A stretch of DNA of 64,000 nt from an uncultured Candidatus Saccharibacteria bacterium (GTDB taxonomy: Bacteria; Patescibacteriota; Doudnabacteria; UBA920). The notes under the pieces were generated by a model. That model had not been told where the DNA came from. It was given only the letters and a program-made list of their open reading frames with translations, and ran no database searches. This document shows positions 36,753 through 46,097 of this stretch, piece by piece. The stretch lies in the NCBI GenBank assembly GCA_964474825.1, contig CAYYWQ010000001.1, positions 549,609 through 613,608 of the forward strand. Reading direction: 5' to 3'. The position numbers were made by a program, and so were the translations under genes. Numbering within the stretch: the stretch's first letter is position 1; every line of letters starts with the position of its first letter.

Positions 36753-36789
36753 TAAACCATTCATATACAACCCTCCTTATTTATCAAAA

Positions 36790-37053
36790 CTACACCCAGG
36801 GCATTTCTTCGACTTTGACATCGGTGTCCGCGAACTGAGCCTTGACCTGCTCGGCCATATCGGGATCGATGTGCATTTCTGTTACGTTCACCTCGCCTTC
36901 TGGAGACACCTTAGCTTTAAAGTGTCCCATTCCATTGCCCCCAATAGGTGACGGCCCTTCCTTGCGTTGAATAAGCCAGACTCTGATTTCTTGCGACTCT
37001 AGAAGGCCAATACCCCGGAGCTTTTTGCTCACGTCCTTAAGCTGCATCGTCAT
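36790..37053 (-). CDS. Hypothetical protein
   Basis: Start overlaps the upstream stop codon; purine-rich RBS. Confidence 0.6.
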   Translation of the reverse strand: MTMQLKDVSKKLRGIGLLESQEIRVWLIQRKEGPSPIGGNGMGHFKAKVSPEGEVNVTEMHIDPDMAEQVKAQFADTDVKVEEMPWV

Positions 37054-37241
37054 CCCCTTCCCTTTTGTCGGACTTTTTTTGTTTTACGCTGAGTTTTCGC
37101 TTTTCCCAAGATGGACTTAATCAACTTAGGCTTCCGATAACCGAGCAGCTCTTCGGCAATTCGCTGGTCGATCATAATGCTATATACGGAAGGTCCCCAA
37201 TAAGCCACTTGATCAGTTACGTTCCACCAAGTCTGTTTCAT
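37050..37241 (-). CDS. Hypothetical small basic protein
   Basis: AAGGAG RBS; operon spacing. Confidence 0.55.
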   Translation of the reverse strand: MKQTWWNVTDQVAYWGPSVYSIMIDQRIAEELLGYRKPKLIKSILGKAKTQRKTKKVRQKGRG

Positions 37242-37253
37242 TTTTTCTCCTTC

Positions 37254-37550
37254 CTACCAACCATACGGGGACATGAGAGGGCTGCGATAGGAACTAAAAG
37301 GATAGTGCGCTGATTCTCCAACTACGCGCATATCCGAAACGCGCCGTCCGAACGGCGTTGAGCCTGATCTTCCACAGCCGCATGGGGACAACCCTATTAA
37401 CTCATGACAGTCTGCGGCGCAATCAGATACCTGGACGAATTTCGGGATCCAAAATTTCTGTCCAGATATCACTTGTTCAAGAATTTTGTTGACGTACCCC
37501 TCCGCTTCGTCCTTTGTGAAGTGGTGGGGACAAACAGAGTTATCTTTCAC
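37254..37550 (-). CDS. Hypothetical Cys/His-rich protein
   Basis: GAGGG RBS, GTG start; CPHH, CAADCH, CGC. Confidence 0.55.
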   Translation of the reverse strand: MKDNSVCPHHFTKDEAEGYVNKILEQVISGQKFWIPKFVQVSDCAADCHELIGLSPCGCGRSGSTPFGRRVSDMRVVGESAHYPFSSYRSPLMSPYGW

Positions 37551-37643
37551 TTTTCCCTCTTTCCTTGCAAACGAGTATCCAGCACACTTACCGCTTGCGT
37601 TTTGAATTTGTGCTGGCTAATAACTACTTAATAATCATTGGCC

Positions 37644-37780
37644 AAAACAAAAACACCTTCCGCAAAGGCCGGAGGGTGCTTAATAAATATACCTATATTT
37701 TAGGCAACATTAAATCCCGGGCTTTGCGAATACAAAGTCCAGTTCCAAGAAGAATTAAATTTAATAGCCAAATGTGTCAT
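37644..37780 (-). promoter_or_regulatory. Leader-peptide attenuator (uORF 37780-37700, antiterminator and terminator)
   Basis: uORF MTHLAIKFNSSWNWTLYSQSPGFNVA; CGCAAAGCCCGG can pair with CCGGCCTTTGCG of the terminator. Confidence 0.6.
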
Positions 37781-37786
37781 ACAAAT

Positions 37787-37836
37787 ATAATACACAACCG
37801 CGAGTCCTTTGTCAACTACTGCACTAGTGCAGTAGT
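37787..37836 (-). promoter_or_regulatory. Sigma70-type promoter with abutting perfect 22-bp palindrome
   Basis: TTGACA-N17-TATTAT; ACTACTGCACTAGTGCAGTAGT at 37815-37836. Confidence 0.7.
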
Positions 37837-37861
37837 GCATAAGGATTGGATATTTTTTATT

Positions 37862-38398
37862 TTACCATATATCTTCTATCTTATTACCAGAAGCCGAAGG
37901 TACTGGCGGTGGAGGGCCTCCCTCCCCACTTGGCGGCATTACTACAGGCGTTTCGTTGATTGTCGCCTCAGCGTTAGGTTTAAATCCTGGATTTTCAACA
38001 ACAGACAAATTTAAAGCGTCTATATAACCTTTTATAAACCTGCTTGGTAATCTTGTCCTGTTTTTGCCATTAACGTTTATGGTCTCAGTCAATTGTTGTT
38101 TTCTTAATCCATTTGGTATTTCAATTACCACGACAAACTTATGCTCTTTATGAGGCCAACTCATTGATTTGTTAAAAATCTCTTGCGCATTTTCATTTTT
38201 ACCTTTGGTTGAGTCCGTAAGCGGAATAGCCATTTCTGTCAAACTGTAGGCAGGATTAACAATAATTCCATTTTTTAAAATATCATCGGCCAACTCTTTT
38301 ACCGGTGTCCCATGTCCCCAAACAGAATGACCTTCAATAAGCAACCGCTTTTCAATATCTTGCAATAATCCATTTTTCATTTCTGCTTCGTGATCCAT
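37862..38398 (-). CDS. Hypothetical protein, possible ADP-ribosyltransferase fold
   Basis: HGT...ILKNGI near the N-terminus, LPSRFI later; Pro-rich tail. Confidence 0.5.
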   Translation of the reverse strand: MDHEAEMKNGLLQDIEKRLLIEGHSVWGHGTPVKELADDILKNGIIVNPAYSLTEMAIPLTDSTKGKNENAQEIFNKSMSWPHKEHKFVVVIEIPNGLRKQQLTETINVNGKNRTRLPSRFIKGYIDALNLSVVENPGFKPNAEATINETPVVMPPSGEGGPPPPVPSASGNKIEDIW

Positions 38399-38408
38399 AT
38401 AAAATATG

Positions 38409-40001
38409 TTATATTTGTTCCAACAAATTCACTCCGGTCATTTCCGGAGGTTTAGGCAGGCCGAATAAATTTAAAATTGTTGGGGCTATGTCGCTTATTA
38501 CACCTTCGGGTACTTGGGCGGCAAGGCCTACATAGCCACGGTGCAGCGGGGCTTTAAATTTTAATTCGTTGGCAATAATTAAAAGGGGTACAGGGTTGGT
38601 GGTGTGGTCTTTGTCTATGTCGCCGGTTTTAGTGTTTATCATTTGTTCGCAGTTGCCGTGGTCAGCCGTAAGGAGCATAACTGCGTCTGTTAAAAGAGCC
38701 GAGTCCATAATTTTTTTAAGGCACGTGTCTAAAAATTCCACGGCCAGGGTTACGGCTTTTAAATTGCCGGTATGCCCCACCATGTCGGTGTTAGCGAAGT
38801 TGGCCACAAAAAAGTTTGTGTTTGTGGAGCTTATTTTAGAAGTTAAAATGTCTGTGAGTTCCTCTGCGGACATTTGCGGATGGTCCACATAATTCTTGCT
38901 GTTTTCCGGACTATTCACAATAACCCTTTCTTCACCCGGATATTTTTCGGCCCGGCCGCAGTTAAAAAATGCCGTAACGTGAGCGTATTTTTCCGTTTCC
39001 GCAATATGGAATTGTTGCAGACCTACGTTCGAAAGCACTTCTGCTAAATTGTTTTTTAAATTAACCGAGGGAAACGCTATTTTTACAGGAAGTCCCGGTT
39101 CGTATTCCGTCATTGTGGCAAAATACAAATTCTGCAGTCTCCTGCCGGCAAACCCTCCGGCAATTTTTTCCGGTTCCACAAACGCGCGGGTCAGCTGAAG
39201 CGCCCGGTCGGAACGAAAATTAAAAAATATTATGGAATCATTGTCGGAAATTTTCCCTGTGGGCTGGCCGTTATTTAAAATAACAGTGGGCTTTATCATT
39301 TCGTCAAAAATCTGCTGGCTGTAATTGTTTTGTATGCAGTCTTCCGCTGATGCGGCTGTTAAACCCTGTCCTTCTACGAGGGCTTGATATGTTAGTAGTG
39401 TCTGGTGCCAGTGCCCGCCGCGGTCCATAGCATAAAACCTGCCAGCCATAGTGGCAATTTGCCCCAAACCAATGCGTCCGATTCTTTCCCGCAAAACCTT
39501 TAAAGTCTCCACGGCTATTTTTTGGTCGGTGTCACGCCCGTCTGTGAACATGTGAACAAATACGCGTTTAAAATCCTGCTCCGCGCAAAGCCCCAGCAGC
39601 GCGTATAAATGTTCGTCTAAACTATGCACTCCGCCCGGGCTTATCATTCCCATTAGGTGAAGATTGGAATTATTTTTTTTGGCGTGATTTACGGCCTCAA
39701 CCAAAACTTCATTCTTAAAAAACATCCCGCTTTGAATAGAAGCGGTAATTCTGGGCAAGTCCTGACCCACAATCCGGCCGGCTCCAATATTTAAGTGCCC
39801 AACCTCGCTATTTCCCATTTCTCCCCAAGGAAGCCCTACCAAGGGACCGCTAGCCTGCAAGGTCATACTGGGGAAATTATTTATGGCGTAATTTAAATTC
39901 GGCGTCTTGGCCTGAGAAATAGCATTGCCGTGAACTGCGGGAGCAACACCAAAACCGTCAAAAATTACCAAGACTACCTTTTTATATATCCTGTGATTCA
40001 T
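38409..40001 (-). CDS. gpmI: 2,3-BPG-independent phosphoglycerate mutase
   Basis: MGNSEVGH, FTDGRD, GRFYAMDR, AETEKYAHVT, DMVGHTG, TADHGN. Confidence 0.96.
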   Translation of the reverse strand: MNHRIYKKVVLVIFDGFGVAPAVHGNAISQAKTPNLNYAINNFPSMTLQASGPLVGLPWGEMGNSEVGHLNIGAGRIVGQDLPRITASIQSGMFFKNEVLVEAVNHAKKNNSNLHLMGMISPGGVHSLDEHLYALLGLCAEQDFKRVFVHMFTDGRDTDQKIAVETLKVLRERIGRIGLGQIATMAGRFYAMDRGGHWHQTLLTYQALVEGQGLTAASAEDCIQNNYSQQIFDEMIKPTVILNNGQPTGKISDNDSIIFFNFRSDRALQLTRAFVEPEKIAGGFAGRRLQNLYFATMTEYEPGLPVKIAFPSVNLKNNLAEVLSNVGLQQFHIAETEKYAHVTAFFNCGRAEKYPGEERVIVNSPENSKNYVDHPQMSAEELTDILTSKISSTNTNFFVANFANTDMVGHTGNLKAVTLAVEFLDTCLKKIMDSALLTDAVMLLTADHGNCEQMINTKTGDIDKDHTTNPVPLLIIANELKFKAPLHRGYVGLAAQVPEGVISDIAPTILNLFGLPKPPEMTGVNLLEQI

Positions 40002-40026
40002 TTAGCTTTAATTTTTGTTTCTGCGT

Positions 40027-40108
40027 TAGCTGGTAGTTAGTAGCTTGTAGGTGGTAGCCAGCAAAAATGCCTGGCTACTGACTACTCCCTACTTACTACC
40101 GACTAGCA
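40027..40108. repeat. Inverted heptamer-unit repeat overlapping the eno stop codon
   Basis: TAGCTGG/TAGTTAG/TAGCTTG/TAGGTGG/TAGCCAG ... CTGGCTA/CTGACTA/CTCCCTA/CTTACTA. Confidence 0.6.
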
Positions 40109-41342
40109 ACTCAATCTCCATTAACCTATTATATTTACAAACCCTCTCTCCTCTTGTGGGCCCAACTTTAATCCATTTGCTTCCAACAGCAACTGCTAAG
40201 TCCACCAAAAAGGTGTCATTAGTTTCGCCGCCGCCACGGTGTGATGGGATAGTTATCATGTTGTGTTTATTTGCCAGCAAACAACACTCAACGGTTTCCG
40301 TTACTGTCCCGGCCTGGTTAAGTTTAATTAAAATTGCATTTGCAGCTTTTTGGTCAATTGCTTTTTGCCAAAGCTTTACATTAGTCACTGTTAAATCATC
40401 TGCCACAACGACAGCGGAAGATTTGCTCATTAAAAGGGGCCAATGTTCCCAATCAAATTCCGAAAGCATGTCTTCCCATGCCACTATGGGATATTTTTGT
40501 AGCCATGGCAAAAACATTTCAATAACTTCCCCTGAACTTAAAACCTTATTTTCTATAGATAGAGTATATTTGCCATCTTTGTAAAATTCAGAAGCCGCGG
40601 CGTCTATGTATATGCCTGCGTCTTCGCCGGGTTTGTACCCAGCGGCTGTAATAGCTTGGGTAATAAGCTCCAAAGGCAACTCGTTATTGCCAATACCTTC
40701 CGGCGCGAACGCTCCTTCGTTTCCCACATTAGTAGAAAACTTTTTTTCTTTCAAAATCTTCTTTAAAGCTTTATAAACCTCTTCCATCATACGAACATTT
40801 TCCGCGGCAGATTGTTCTTTAACCACTGCCAAAATGTATTCCTGTAAATCTGTTGAATTGTCGGCATGTTTGCCTCCTTCAATAAATACTCCTAAAGGCT
40901 TAGGTAATTTTATAGAAGATGATGGAATATTATAAGCTTTCTGTAACCATTCATAAAGTTCCAGCCCCTCATCTGCCGCTGCTGCCCGGGCCACTGCCAT
41001 AGACACTCCTAGAATTGCATTAGCGCCCCAATTCCCTTTATTTTCTGTGCCGTCGCCCTTTATCATCAACTCGTCTATTTCTCTTAAATTTGAAGCGTTT
41101 TTGCCCAAAAGCATTGGCGCTATAACGTTGTTAACATTTGCAACAGCCTTTAACATTCCTTTTCCGTTGTATCGGGTCTTGTCGCCGTCTAACATTACAA
41201 AAGCCTCTTTGCTTCCGGCAGAAGCACCATAAGAAACAGACGCAATTCCAACTGCACCGGAATCTAAAGTTACTTTAACCTCGACACTAGGTTCTCCCCC
41301 GCTGGCCAAAATTTCCCTTGCCTGAATTTTTTTGATTGTCAT
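40089..41342 (-). CDS. eno: Enolase
   Basis: GASAGSKEA, GKGMLKAV, GANAILGVS, ADDLTVTN, IKLNQAG, SHR, ERVCKYNRL. Confidence 0.95.
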   Translation of the reverse strand: MTIKKIQAREILASGGEPSVEVKVTLDSGAVGIASVSYGASAGSKEAFVMLDGDKTRYNGKGMLKAVANVNNVIAPMLLGKNASNLREIDELMIKGDGTENKGNWGANAILGVSMAVARAAAADEGLELYEWLQKAYNIPSSSIKLPKPLGVFIEGGKHADNSTDLQEYILAVVKEQSAAENVRMMEEVYKALKKILKEKKFSTNVGNEGAFAPEGIGNNELPLELITQAITAAGYKPGEDAGIYIDAAASEFYKDGKYTLSIENKVLSSGEVIEMFLPWLQKYPIVAWEDMLSEFDWEHWPLLMSKSSAVVVADDLTVTNVKLWQKAIDQKAANAILIKLNQAGTVTETVECCLLANKHNMITIPSHRGGGETNDTFLVDLAVAVGSKWIKVGPTRGERVCKYNRLMEIELLVGSK

Positions 41343-41418
41343 AAAAAAGAGTTAATTTCTAGGGTTATTATAGCATAAAAATAACAGGGCATTTGCCCTG
41401 TTATTTGAATTTTCCAAA

Positions 41419-42648
41419 TTATTTTAGGGCCTCTATTCCCGGGAGCTTCTCCCCGGCCAAATATTCCAGCATAGCTCCCCCGCCCGTGGAAACATGGTCA
41501 AGATGGTCTATTTGGTGCGCTTGGCGAATAGCGTCCACCGTGTCTCCCCCGCCGGCAACAACAAAAGCATGCCCTTTGCCGCGGCCGCCAATTAAACGAG
41601 CCAGGGCCATGGTAGCATGGTGGAAAGGCTTTTTTTCAAAATATCCTAAAGGCCCACTCCACACAATAGTTTTAGCTTTTTTAATTTCTTCAGCAAAAGC
41701 CAAGATAGTTTTTGGTCCTGCATCTAAGACCTGTTCTTTTTTGCCGATTTCATAAGGCTTGGTTACGCGAATGGAATCTTGATCCATTTTTTCGTCTGCA
41801 ACAACAACGTCTACTGGTAACAAAAGTTTGTCTTTAAAATTTCTTTGGATTTCCCAGGCGGTCTTAGCCTCGCCTTCTTCAACCTTAGACAAACCAATTT
41901 CAAAATCTTTTGTCTTAAACATTAAGTTGGCAACCCCGCCGCCCACTAAAATTTTGTCCGCCTTCTTACCTAAATTAGTTAAAGCCCCAACTTTTTCCGA
42001 AAGCTTTATCCCACCGGTCATTACTACAAAAGGATGTTTGGCCGATTTCAGCACTGCGTCCAAAGATTTTATTTCTCTTTCTAAAAGCAATCCGGCGTAA
42101 GAAGGTAAATGTTTGGTAACGCCTACGGTAGAGGCCGACTCCCTGTGGTCAACACCAAAAGCATCATTTACATAAACGTCAGCAAAGCTCGACAACTTTT
42201 TAGCAAACACCGGGTCGTTTTCTTCTTCTCCTTCATAAAAACGCAAATTTTCCAGCAAGATAACATCTTTAGTTGGAGCCATTGCCAGTTGCCCCTGATG
42301 TTTTTCTTCTAAAATGTTTCCGGAATAAAAAATAAAATGGTTAATTTCGTAATCAGGCAAAGCATGGTCGGTTTCCAAAAATTTATACCCCAGCATTTCA
42401 CTCATAAGTTTCGCAACTGGTTTCAAACTTAGCTTTGCATCTTTCTTTCCTTTTGGTCTTCCTAGATGCCCGCACACAATTACCGTATTGCCGTCTTTTT
42501 GTAAATGCTTAATGGTAGGAATAATTTGCTCTATCCTATAGGTATCCGAAACCTCCCCAGTGTCTTTGTCTAAAGGCACGTTAACATCAACCCGTAATAA
42601 TACGGTTTTGTTTTTTACTGTTGATGTTTTTAAATATTTTATGGCCAT
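41419..42648 (-). CDS. pgk: Phosphoglycerate kinase
   Basis: RVDVNVP, HLGRP, LLENLRF, NDAFG, GGGDT, STGGGA. Confidence 0.96.
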   Translation of the reverse strand: MAIKYLKTSTVKNKTVLLRVDVNVPLDKDTGEVSDTYRIEQIIPTIKHLQKDGNTVIVCGHLGRPKGKKDAKLSLKPVAKLMSEMLGYKFLETDHALPDYEINHFIFYSGNILEEKHQGQLAMAPTKDVILLENLRFYEGEEENDPVFAKKLSSFADVYVNDAFGVDHRESASTVGVTKHLPSYAGLLLEREIKSLDAVLKSAKHPFVVMTGGIKLSEKVGALTNLGKKADKILVGGGVANLMFKTKDFEIGLSKVEEGEAKTAWEIQRNFKDKLLLPVDVVVADEKMDQDSIRVTKPYEIGKKEQVLDAGPKTILAFAEEIKKAKTIVWSGPLGYFEKKPFHHATMALARLIGGRGKGHAFVVAGGGDTVDAIRQAHQIDHLDHVSTGGGAMLEYLAGEKLPGIEALK

Positions 42649-42655
42649 AAAATCC

Positions 42656-42952
42656 TTATCGGTGAGAACAGCCAGCTCGAACACAAAAGTCCAAATTGTA
42701 TCTTGCAATAAAAGCTAGCGTCAAAAAGAAAAATAAAACCAAATATAGAGATCTAATAATATTACTTTTATTAATATAGGATTTTTCGACATTTTCCCAA
42801 GTAACAAGACCAATGCTCAAAAGAAAACCCGATGATGCCAGCATCCAAGCCTTGGTTATATTAGAGGCGATCCAATTACTTACAAAATCAAAAACCATCA
42901 AGGCTATACAAATAAAGGACAAAAAATACAGAATGGCCTTTAGTTTACTCAT
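42656..42952 (-). CDS. AT-rich small membrane ORFan
   Basis: Three TM helices; fits tightly between gap and pgk. Confidence 0.6.
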   Translation of the reverse strand: MSKLKAILYFLSFICIALMVFDFVSNWIASNITKAWMLASSGFLLSIGLVTWENVEKSYINKSNIIRSLYLVLFFFLTLAFIARYNLDFCVRAGCSHR

Positions 42953-42955
42953 AAA

Positions 42956-43981
42956 CTAATTTTTCCCGACCATTATTACTTCTTCAACCAAGCGATGTGA
43001 ATAACCAAACTCGTTGTCATACCAAGCTACAACCTTAACAAAGTTACCGTCTACTACTTGCGTTAAAGCTAAATCCACTATAGATGAAGCAGGGTTGCCG
43101 ACGATGTCAGAAAGTACTATTGGTTCGTTGGTTACTTCCAAAATACCTTTGTATTTCTTCAGCTCCGAAGCTTCTGTAAAGGCTTGATTAATTTCTTCTT
43201 TGGTTACATTTTTCTTTAGGAGCAATGTGAAATCAGATAACGACCCGACAGGGGTTGGTACGCGGAAAGAAACGCCATCAAATTTCCCTTTGAGTGATGG
43301 GATGGCTTGAGTGGCGGAAATAGCCGCGCCGGTTGTGGTAGGAATAATGTTAACAGCAGCTGCACGGGCTCTGCGAAGGTCGTTAGACTTCCCTCCAGGA
43401 GGCGGACCGTCTACCAAATTTTGTTCAGCTGTGTAGCTATGAATGGTAGACATAAATGCTTTTTCCACACCAAATTTTTCGTTTAAAACTTCCAAAACCG
43501 GGGCAATACAGTTTGTTGTGCAGGAGGCGTTGCTGATAATATTCATCGATGACTGATATTTGTCCTGGTTGACTCCCAAAACGATTGTGGGAGTAATGCC
43601 TTCGTCTTTAGCAGGAGCTGAAATAATAACTTTTTTTGCTCCGGCCTTAAGGTGCGCGCCGGCTTTTTCGCTGTCTGTAAAACGACCGGTGCATTCCATG
43701 ACTACATCTACCCCAAGTTTGCCCCACGGCAAAAGACTTGGTTCTTTTTCCGCGCAGACCGGATATTTTTTCCCGTCTACAATAATATTAGTTTCATCAA
43801 ATTCTACTTTTCTGTGGTACCTGCCGTAAACGCTGTCGTACTTCAAAAGATGAGCCAATACAGAAGTAGCGCTCAAGTCATTTATACCCACAACCTCCAC
43901 TTCCTTGTGCTCCAACGCCACTTTAAAAGCCTGCCTGCCAATTCTCCCAAAACCATTTATACCTACTTTTATTGTTTTCAT
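42956..43981 (-). CDS. gap: Glyceraldehyde-3-phosphate dehydrogenase type I
   Basis: INGFGRIG, SNASCTTNC, IIPTTTGAA, WYDNE. Confidence 0.97.
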   Translation of the reverse strand: MKTIKVGINGFGRIGRQAFKVALEHKEVEVVGINDLSATSVLAHLLKYDSVYGRYHRKVEFDETNIIVDGKKYPVCAEKEPSLLPWGKLGVDVVMECTGRFTDSEKAGAHLKAGAKKVIISAPAKDEGITPTIVLGVNQDKYQSSMNIISNASCTTNCIAPVLEVLNEKFGVEKAFMSTIHSYTAEQNLVDGPPPGGKSNDLRRARAAAVNIIPTTTGAAISATQAIPSLKGKFDGVSFRVPTPVGSLSDFTLLLKKNVTKEEINQAFTEASELKKYKGILEVTNEPIVLSDIVGNPASSIVDLALTQVVDGNFVKVVAWYDNEFGYSHRLVEEVIMVGKN

Positions 43982-44583
43982 TATAAATTCCTTTTCTCCA
44001 GCGTTAAACTGGCGCCTAAATTATTTTGATTTTCAACATTCAAAAAATACTTTTCCGAAACTATAGCAATCAACAACAGCATTACAGACTGCCAGATCAT
44101 GAATAAAACTGGGTAGTTCCCATTAGCATTAGGATAAACTCCCGACAATCCTAAAATTGCACTGCATAGGCTAAGCAATAAAACTTCCTTAAAACTTATT
44201 TTGACAACTAGCCATCTAAATGTTACTAGGGTCAAAAATCCACCTACTAACCCTCCAACAAAAAAGGCGAAATATCCACTTGGTTGCCCCATTAAATCCC
44301 TACCCGATCCCTGGGTCGTAGTGGCAACAATAAAAAATGTTGTCCAAAAAGCCACGTTGTAAGCAATTACACACAAAATTACCCAACCAACATAGTTCAA
44401 CCATTTTTGTAATTCCTGGAAAACAGTAAAATAAAGACAAGCTGCGAGCCCAAACAATACTCCGGCCACTGGCATGATTGGACCAAGATCATTATTCAAA
44501 CCCAAACTTGGTAAATAAACTGTTAATCCTCCCGAAATTAAACCGAAAACCAAGGCAAAAAGAAACTTACTTTTCATATCCAT
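43981..44583 (-). CDS. Membrane ORFan (about 6 TM)
   Basis: Hydrophobic; 1-bp overlaps with both neighbours. Confidence 0.65.
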   Translation of the reverse strand: MDMKSKFLFALVFGLISGGLTVYLPSLGLNNDLGPIMPVAGVLFGLAACLYFTVFQELQKWLNYVGWVILCVIAYNVAFWTTFFIVATTTQGSGRDLMGQPSGYFAFFVGGLVGGFLTLVTFRWLVVKISFKEVLLLSLCSAILGLSGVYPNANGNYPVLFMIWQSVMLLLIAIVSEKYFLNVENQNNLGASLTLEKRNL

Positions 44584-45596
44584 TAATCTTTCTTTTTATT
44601 TACCAAATGCATTATTTTTTCTTTGTTATGCTCGGTAATTTCTATAGACTTAAAATTTTTCATTTTTTTCAAATGAGCTTCCATTTCTTTTTTTGTCAAA
44701 AGCCCTTCCTGGGGACCGATTTTTAAAACCACGGAGCCGGCATTTATTGGCCCCCAGCGCAGCGCCTCGCTGTGCGGTTGGCCGTAAAAAAGAGCGGCAA
44801 TATAGCCAGTTGTAAAACCGTCTCCTGCGCCTGTGGCCTCAATTCTTGGTCCAGGGAACTCCTCTATATAATAGAAGCCTTCGTTAGAATAACTATAAGC
44901 TCCCCTGCGGCCATCGGTCAAGACCACGGCTTTTGGGCCTAGCTTGACAAGCGCCTTACAAAGCTTCTCCGGATCGCGCCCATGGTCCCCGACCCAAGAC
45001 TGCGCCTCCTCCACGTTTAAAGACAAAACTTCCGTGCGTTTCAGTATTGGCTCATTAATTTTTACTCCCGCGCGTAATTGGAAAGTTCCCGGGTTAAAAC
45101 CCATTTTAACTTTGTACCTGTCCACATACTTTGCCAAATCTTTATGGATTTTTTCAAACCCAACTCCCATACTTGTTAAATAAATCCAAGACGAATGAAC
45201 AAAACTTGGTAGGACATAGTGCCGATGTTCGTGATAAACAAAAATAGTTCTTTCGCCGTCGTGGCTTAAAACTGTGGAAGCATTTGTCGGGTGGTTGTCA
45301 TTTTTATGAATGTAGCGGGTGGACACGCCCTCTTTTTCCATTTTGTGGACAATTTCCCGGCCGCCAGTGTCATGCGCCACAACGCAGTAAAAAGCAGTTT
45401 TCATTCCCAAGCGCGAAGCACCCACAGCATTGTTAGCCGCATTGCCCGCAACTGTTCGGTAAAACTTGTCCACCGGTAATTTGTCGCCCCAATTTATAAT
45501 GGCCTTTTTTTCGCCGTTAATTTCCTTAACTTCCACGTCCTTAACAATTAAGAACGTGTCTATAGTCGGGTCGCCAATGGAAATAATATCAAACAT
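44583..45596 (-). CDS. PfkB family carbohydrate kinase
   Basis: GNAANNAVGASRLG, LNVEEA, EATGAGDGF. Confidence 0.9.
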   Translation of the reverse strand: MFDIISIGDPTIDTFLIVKDVEVKEINGEKKAIINWGDKLPVDKFYRTVAGNAANNAVGASRLGMKTAFYCVVAHDTGGREIVHKMEKEGVSTRYIHKNDNHPTNASTVLSHDGERTIFVYHEHRHYVLPSFVHSSWIYLTSMGVGFEKIHKDLAKYVDRYKVKMGFNPGTFQLRAGVKINEPILKRTEVLSLNVEEAQSWVGDHGRDPEKLCKALVKLGPKAVVLTDGRRGAYSYSNEGFYYIEEFPGPRIEATGAGDGFTTGYIAALFYGQPHSEALRWGPINAGSVVLKIGPQEGLLTKKEMEAHLKKMKNFKSIEITEHNKEKIMHLVNKKKD

Positions 45597-45606
45597 TTTT
45601 ATTTTA

Positions 45607-45813
45607 TTATTTAATAATTGTGGAGGAACTCGCGCCTTCTAAACAGGCCTCAAGAGCCGGCGACATATGAATACGCACATAATTTACCGTAAAAAAAGCC
45701 ACAAAAACAATTAGCAAAAAACCTAAAACAATGTCGGAAACGCTGTAATAAATTACAAACTTCGCTTCCGGCCTGTTCTTATGCATATGCCTCTTATGGA
45801 CAAATTTGAACAT
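45607..45813 (-). CDS. Small single-TM protein
   Basis: One TM helix; operon spacing. Confidence 0.5.
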   Translation of the reverse strand: MFKFVHKRHMHKNRPEAKFVIYYSVSDIVLGFLLIVFVAFFTVNYVRIHMSPALEACLEGASSSTIIK

Positions 45814-45817
45814 ACAA

Positions 45818-46096
45818 TTAGTTTTTATTTTTAAAATGTTTTATTAAACTTAAAATAATAAAGACAATTATAATCCAAATTGCTATGTTGAGCAACATCC
45901 CGTTTCGGTATAAAGGATCAAACTCAGATGCACTCATATAATAACTAATCGGATACCCTCTATGGGTTATACACGCTGGCCCATCATATCCGCATTTAAC
46001 AAACTTGATTTGGAATAAAAGCCGATCTAATAAAAACCCTAAAGCAAGGCTCCAGGCTACTAACCCCCATTTCGATCGCAAACTAAAAATCTTCAT
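45818..46096 (-). CDS. Small 2-TM protein, paralogue of 51107-51415
   Basis: MKIFSL...W...LGF and G(Y/W)PI...LLN...W...IILSLI shared with the paralogue. Confidence 0.7.
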   Translation of the reverse strand: MKIFSLRSKWGLVAWSLALGFLLDRLLFQIKFVKCGYDGPACITHRGYPISYYMSASEFDPLYRNGMLLNIAIWIIIVFIILSLIKHFKNKN

Positions 46097-46097
46097 T

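Noticed and set aside
36600-37860. Prophage or integrative element
   Set aside because: No integrase, transposase, structural genes or att repeats visible
37565-38014. 149-aa plus-strand ORF
   Set aside because: Lies antisense over the attenuator, the promoter and another CDS; no recognisable motif
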